From an uncultured Mollicutes bacterium (lineage in GTDB: Bacteria > Bacillota_I > Bacilli_A > RF39 > UBA660), in assembly GCA_945969495.1 (NCBI GenBank), contig CAMFOH010000002.1, positions 1 to 59,822 of the forward strand: DNA of 59,822 nucleotides, given 5' to 3'. The notes under the pieces were generated by a model. That model was not told where the DNA came from and ran no database searches. It worked only from the letters and a program-made list of their open reading frames with translations. The position numbers and the translations under genes are program-made. Each line of letters begins with the position of its first letter. Position 1 is the stretch's first letter. Positions 57,601 to 59,822 of this stretch are shown in pieces.

Positions 57601-58001
57601 TTTACATTACCTCCAATTTTATTAGTTATTAAATAATTTTTTAAATCTTCGTAATTAGTTATTTTGTTTTCACTTTTAATTATACTATCTTTAGTTATTA
57701 TTCCGAATTTTATCTCTAAATTTTTATTTAAACAATATTCTTGTTTGAAAAAAGATAACAATTTATATTCTTGTTCATCTCCTAGTTTTATAGGAATAAA
57801 ACAAATATATAAAGAACCAAAGGATGATACGTAAACATAATTATTAATTACACAGGACGTTATATCATTATATTCTAATTGATTAGAATAACAATAATTA
57901 AGTAAAAGTTCGTCATGAAATTCTCCATTTTTTAATTCATATTGATACATATCATTATCTTCTTCATAATCAGGAGGAATAATACAAAGCATTCTTCTCA
58001 T
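57594..58001 (-). CDS. Hypothetical protein (135 aa) between the T-box leader and valS
   Basis: GAAAGGAAA RBS before ATG 58001 (the ORF-track start 58031 lies inside the terminator hairpin). Its stop overlaps the valS ATG by 7 nt. Cys/Tyr-rich, no known motif. Confidence 0.55.
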   Translation of the reverse strand: MRRMLCIIPPDYEEDNDMYQYELKNGEFHDELLLNYCYSNQLEYNDITSCVINNYVYVSSFGSLYICFIPIKLGDEQEYKLLSFFKQEYCLNKNLEIKFGIITKDSIIKSENKITNYEDLKNYLITNKIGGNVKC

Positions 58002-58021
58002 AAATATTTTCCTTTCAAAAT

Positions 58022-58254
58022 AAAAACCCATCCTAAATAAAGGATGAGTTATCTACCCACGGTACCACCTTAATTCATATATAAATATATGCGTCTTAAG
58101 CCCTTAACGCGGATAAACGTAATTATTTACTACTATTTCAATAATTAAGCTCCAAAGCTACCTTCAATTAAGTTTTATGTAAGTTTACACCAAACACTTA
58201 CTCTCTTTAATAATTACTTAATTTACTCCTCTTTTTCTTTGCTTTTTAAAAGAT
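58022..58254 (-). promoter_or_regulatory. T-box leader of the ORF135-valS-ORF126 operon
   Basis: Promoter TTGTTA (58289-58284), 17-nt spacer, TATACT (58266-58261). Stem I with an AGAGAG bulge and TGGTG distal loop. T-box AATTAAGGTGGTACCGTGGGTAG (about 58075-58054). Terminator ACTCATCCT/AGGATGGGT plus U-run (58049-58022). Confidence 0.85.
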
Positions 58255-58295
58255 ATTACTAGTATAACAAAATAAATTTATTTTAACAAGTAAAT

Positions 58296-58799
58296 TTAGC
58301 TACAAACATCACCAATTGTAATAGAATGGGTTTCACTAGTAATTGTATCTTCTATTTTTAATTTAAAAGTACTTGAACTATTTATTGTTATACTCCCACC
58401 AAATTGCTCGGCACCACTAGAATAATCACTTATTTTTATGTTATTATTTTTACTATCATAAGTAATTTTATTACCATCTATTTTCCCATTAAAGTCTCTT
58501 GGCCAGTACATTACTCCATACCTACTATTTATTTTAACCAAAATATTACTATCCATTTCATACCAATAATATTGACCATCTTTTTTCGTAGTTGTAGATG
58601 AAACACATGTACCTTCTTTTTGAGCATCCTTTACTTGTACAGCAGTAAGCTTAGTACCATTAATCAAATCATTATTGGCGTTACTTATAATACTATTGGA
58701 AGATGAAAACATTGCAAGGGTTGCTCCTAGGAAAAGCAAAAAAGCAATTAGTAAAGTATAAAGAATAGTTGAAACAGCAAAACCTTTGTTATTAAGCAT
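58296..58799 (-). CDS. Pilin-like protein lacking Glu at +5 (orphan, away from the main cluster)
   Basis: GAAGGTGA RBS before ATG 58799. Leader MLNNKG followed by FAVSTILYTLLIAFLLFLGATLAMF. Cys at mature position ~60 and at the C-terminus. Confidence 0.6.
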   Translation of the reverse strand: MLNNKGFAVSTILYTLLIAFLLFLGATLAMFSSSNSIISNANNDLINGTKLTAVQVKDAQKEGTCVSSTTTKKDGQYYWYEMDSNILVKINSRYGVMYWPRDFNGKIDGNKITYDSKNNNIKISDYSSGAEQFGGSITINSSSTFKLKIEDTITSETHSITIGDVCS

Positions 58800-58925
58800 A
58801 ATAATCACCTTCTAGTTTTAGTCTATATCCATAATAGCATTAATTTTAAAAAAAAACCATATTTTTATAAAAATATGGTTAGCAATAATTTTCATAATTC
58901 ATATAATACTGTAAAGGTGATTATT

Positions 58926-59114
58926 ATGCGTCCTAATAACTTCTTTGGTGGGCCTTTAACTAAGTATCTAATATTAGTTATTGCTTTTTGCTTTATTACT
59001 TTTTATCAAGCGATATTAACTCTAATACTATGTGCTAGATTTCAAGTATTTTTACTTTTCGTTGATATTATGATTTTGTTCTTTGGAATTTTTTGCCTCA
59101 TTTTCCATAAATAA
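58926..59114 (+). CDS. Possible small 2-TM membrane protein (62 aa)
   Basis: TATAAT at 58902-58907. AAAGGTGA is 5 nt before ATG 58926. Hydrophobic. Its 3' end overlaps the convergent CotS-like ORF by 63 nt. Confidence 0.3.
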   Translation: MRPNNFFGGPLTKYLILVIAFCFITFYQAILTLILCARFQVFLLFVDIMILFFGIFCLIFHK

Positions 59115-59822
59115 TTTATCCGTTATAAATAAATAATTACATAATTTTCCAACTTCTATTGTCATTTTTAGTTCGTTTTGATTAAACTTTATTTTCCACG
59201 GAATAAATAAAATAACAAACATTAAAAGTTTTTCTTCTTCTAAAAGTGGAAACCTTTTTATATATTCCTTATAAAGTTCACTAAAATCATACTTATTATA
59301 GTTTTTTTTGTATAATTTAATAAAATCATAAATTGGTAAATCTCTTGTGGCATAATCCCAACTAATTAATACGCTATCATCATTTCTTATTAAATGAGAA
59401 GGGTCTAAATTATTATGTAATAATACTTCTCTTTTTTTATTTTTATTACTAGTTATTTTATACCAATTATCAAGCTCATATATGCAAAAATTTAAACATG
59501 AAAATATGGTAGAACAATTTCTTATTAACATATATTCACTAGGTGATGCATAAGTTTTAGCCTCTATCATCGTAACTAAATCATCATAGTAATTAAATAC
59601 GTTATCTATTTTACTACGTAAATTTTCGTATATTTCTTTTATCTCATTTAATGAAACATCTTTATAATAAACGGTTTTATTATGTAATAGTGCATCCATT
59701 TTAATAACATCGCTTATTATTTGTTCTTTTGGTGTTAAAATATCATCTACGTATTCATAAACATAACCATCATTATTATAATAAATTAGTCTTGGTAAAT
59801 ATCCATATCCTCTAGAATTAAG
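59052..59822 (-). CDS. CotS/YutH-like spore coat kinase-family protein (5' end outside the window)
   Basis: The frame is open to the window edge (…LNSRGYGYLPRLIYYNNDGYVYEYVDD…). LLHNNLDPSHLIRNDDSVLISWDYA resembles the APH/CotS catalytic loop (H-x-D-x-x-x-x-N). Confidence 0.6.
   Translation of the reverse strand, partial: LNSRGYGYLPRLIYYNNDGYVYEYVDDILTPKEQIISDVIKMDALLHNKTVYYKDVSLNEIKEIYENLRSKIDNVFNYYDDLVTMIEAKTYASPSEYMLIRNCSTIFSCLNFCIYELDNWYKITSNKNKKREVLLHNNLDPSHLIRNDDSVLISWDYATRDLPIYDFIKLYKKNYNKYDFSELYKEYIKRFPLLEEEKLLMFVILFIPWKIKFNQNELKMTIEVGKLCNYLFITDKLFMENEAKNSKEQNHNINEK

Noticed and set aside
58001-58031. Longer start (ATG 58031) for the ORF upstream of valS
   Set aside because: That ATG lies within the T-box terminator hairpin and has no SD. 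ATG 58001 has GAAAGGAAA at the correct spacing.
1-59822. CRISPR arrays, tRNA/rRNA genes, IS elements, alternative genetic code
   Set aside because: I saw no regularly spaced direct repeats, no cloverleaf-like GC-rich 75-nt islands in the intergenic regions I read, and no transposase-like ORFs. TGA clearly functions as a stop (dtd, ORF166), so this is not code 4.

Overview
Very AT-rich (by eye about 25-30% GC; not computed) Firmicutes chromosome segment using the standard genetic code (TGA and TAA both act as stops). It is dominated by housekeeping genes. Gene order matches three Bacillus subtilis core neighbourhoods: (1) secDF-rel-dtd ... hisS-aspS-6S RNA-tcdA(yrvM)-rarA(yrvN); (2) nusB ... 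xseA-xseB ... spoIVB; (3) dnaG-sigA-trmK(yqfN) next to a yqfQ-like gene. Sporulation-type genes (spoIIM, spoIVB, SpoVB/MurJ-like flippase, YlbJ-like, CotS-like kinase, DUF421) suggest an endospore former. I found no rRNA, tRNA, CRISPR array, transposase, prophage or recognisable defence module. Non-coding features are two T-box leaders (hisS operon, valS operon), a 6S RNA candidate in the position conserved in Bacillus, and many intrinsic terminators. Extended -10 promoters (TGnTATAAT) recur. I could not identify a clear-cut novel multi-gene system, and most of the window is ordinary core genome. The parts that look least explained are: (a) a dispersed type IV filament gene set (41.9-48.7 kb plus an orphan pilin at 58.3 kb) with a 554-aa cysteine-rich modular pilin and a PilC platform protein carrying a ~205-aa N-terminal TM plus K/E-rich extension; (b) small unknown ORFs translationally coupled to aminoacyl-tRNA synthetase genes (hisS-ORF166-aspS; T-box-ORF135-valS-ORF126) and to mutS (ORF287 where mutL would be expected); (c) a ~370-bp ORF-free, structured, promoter-bearing stretch between convergent terminators at 28.75-29.12 kb, next to an orphan XRE-type regulator, that repeats that regulator's promoter/leader module; (d) an apparent 1-nt frameshift in pssA; (e) a Cys-rich tail on HisRS. 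All functional calls come from motif recognition by eye. No database search was run.
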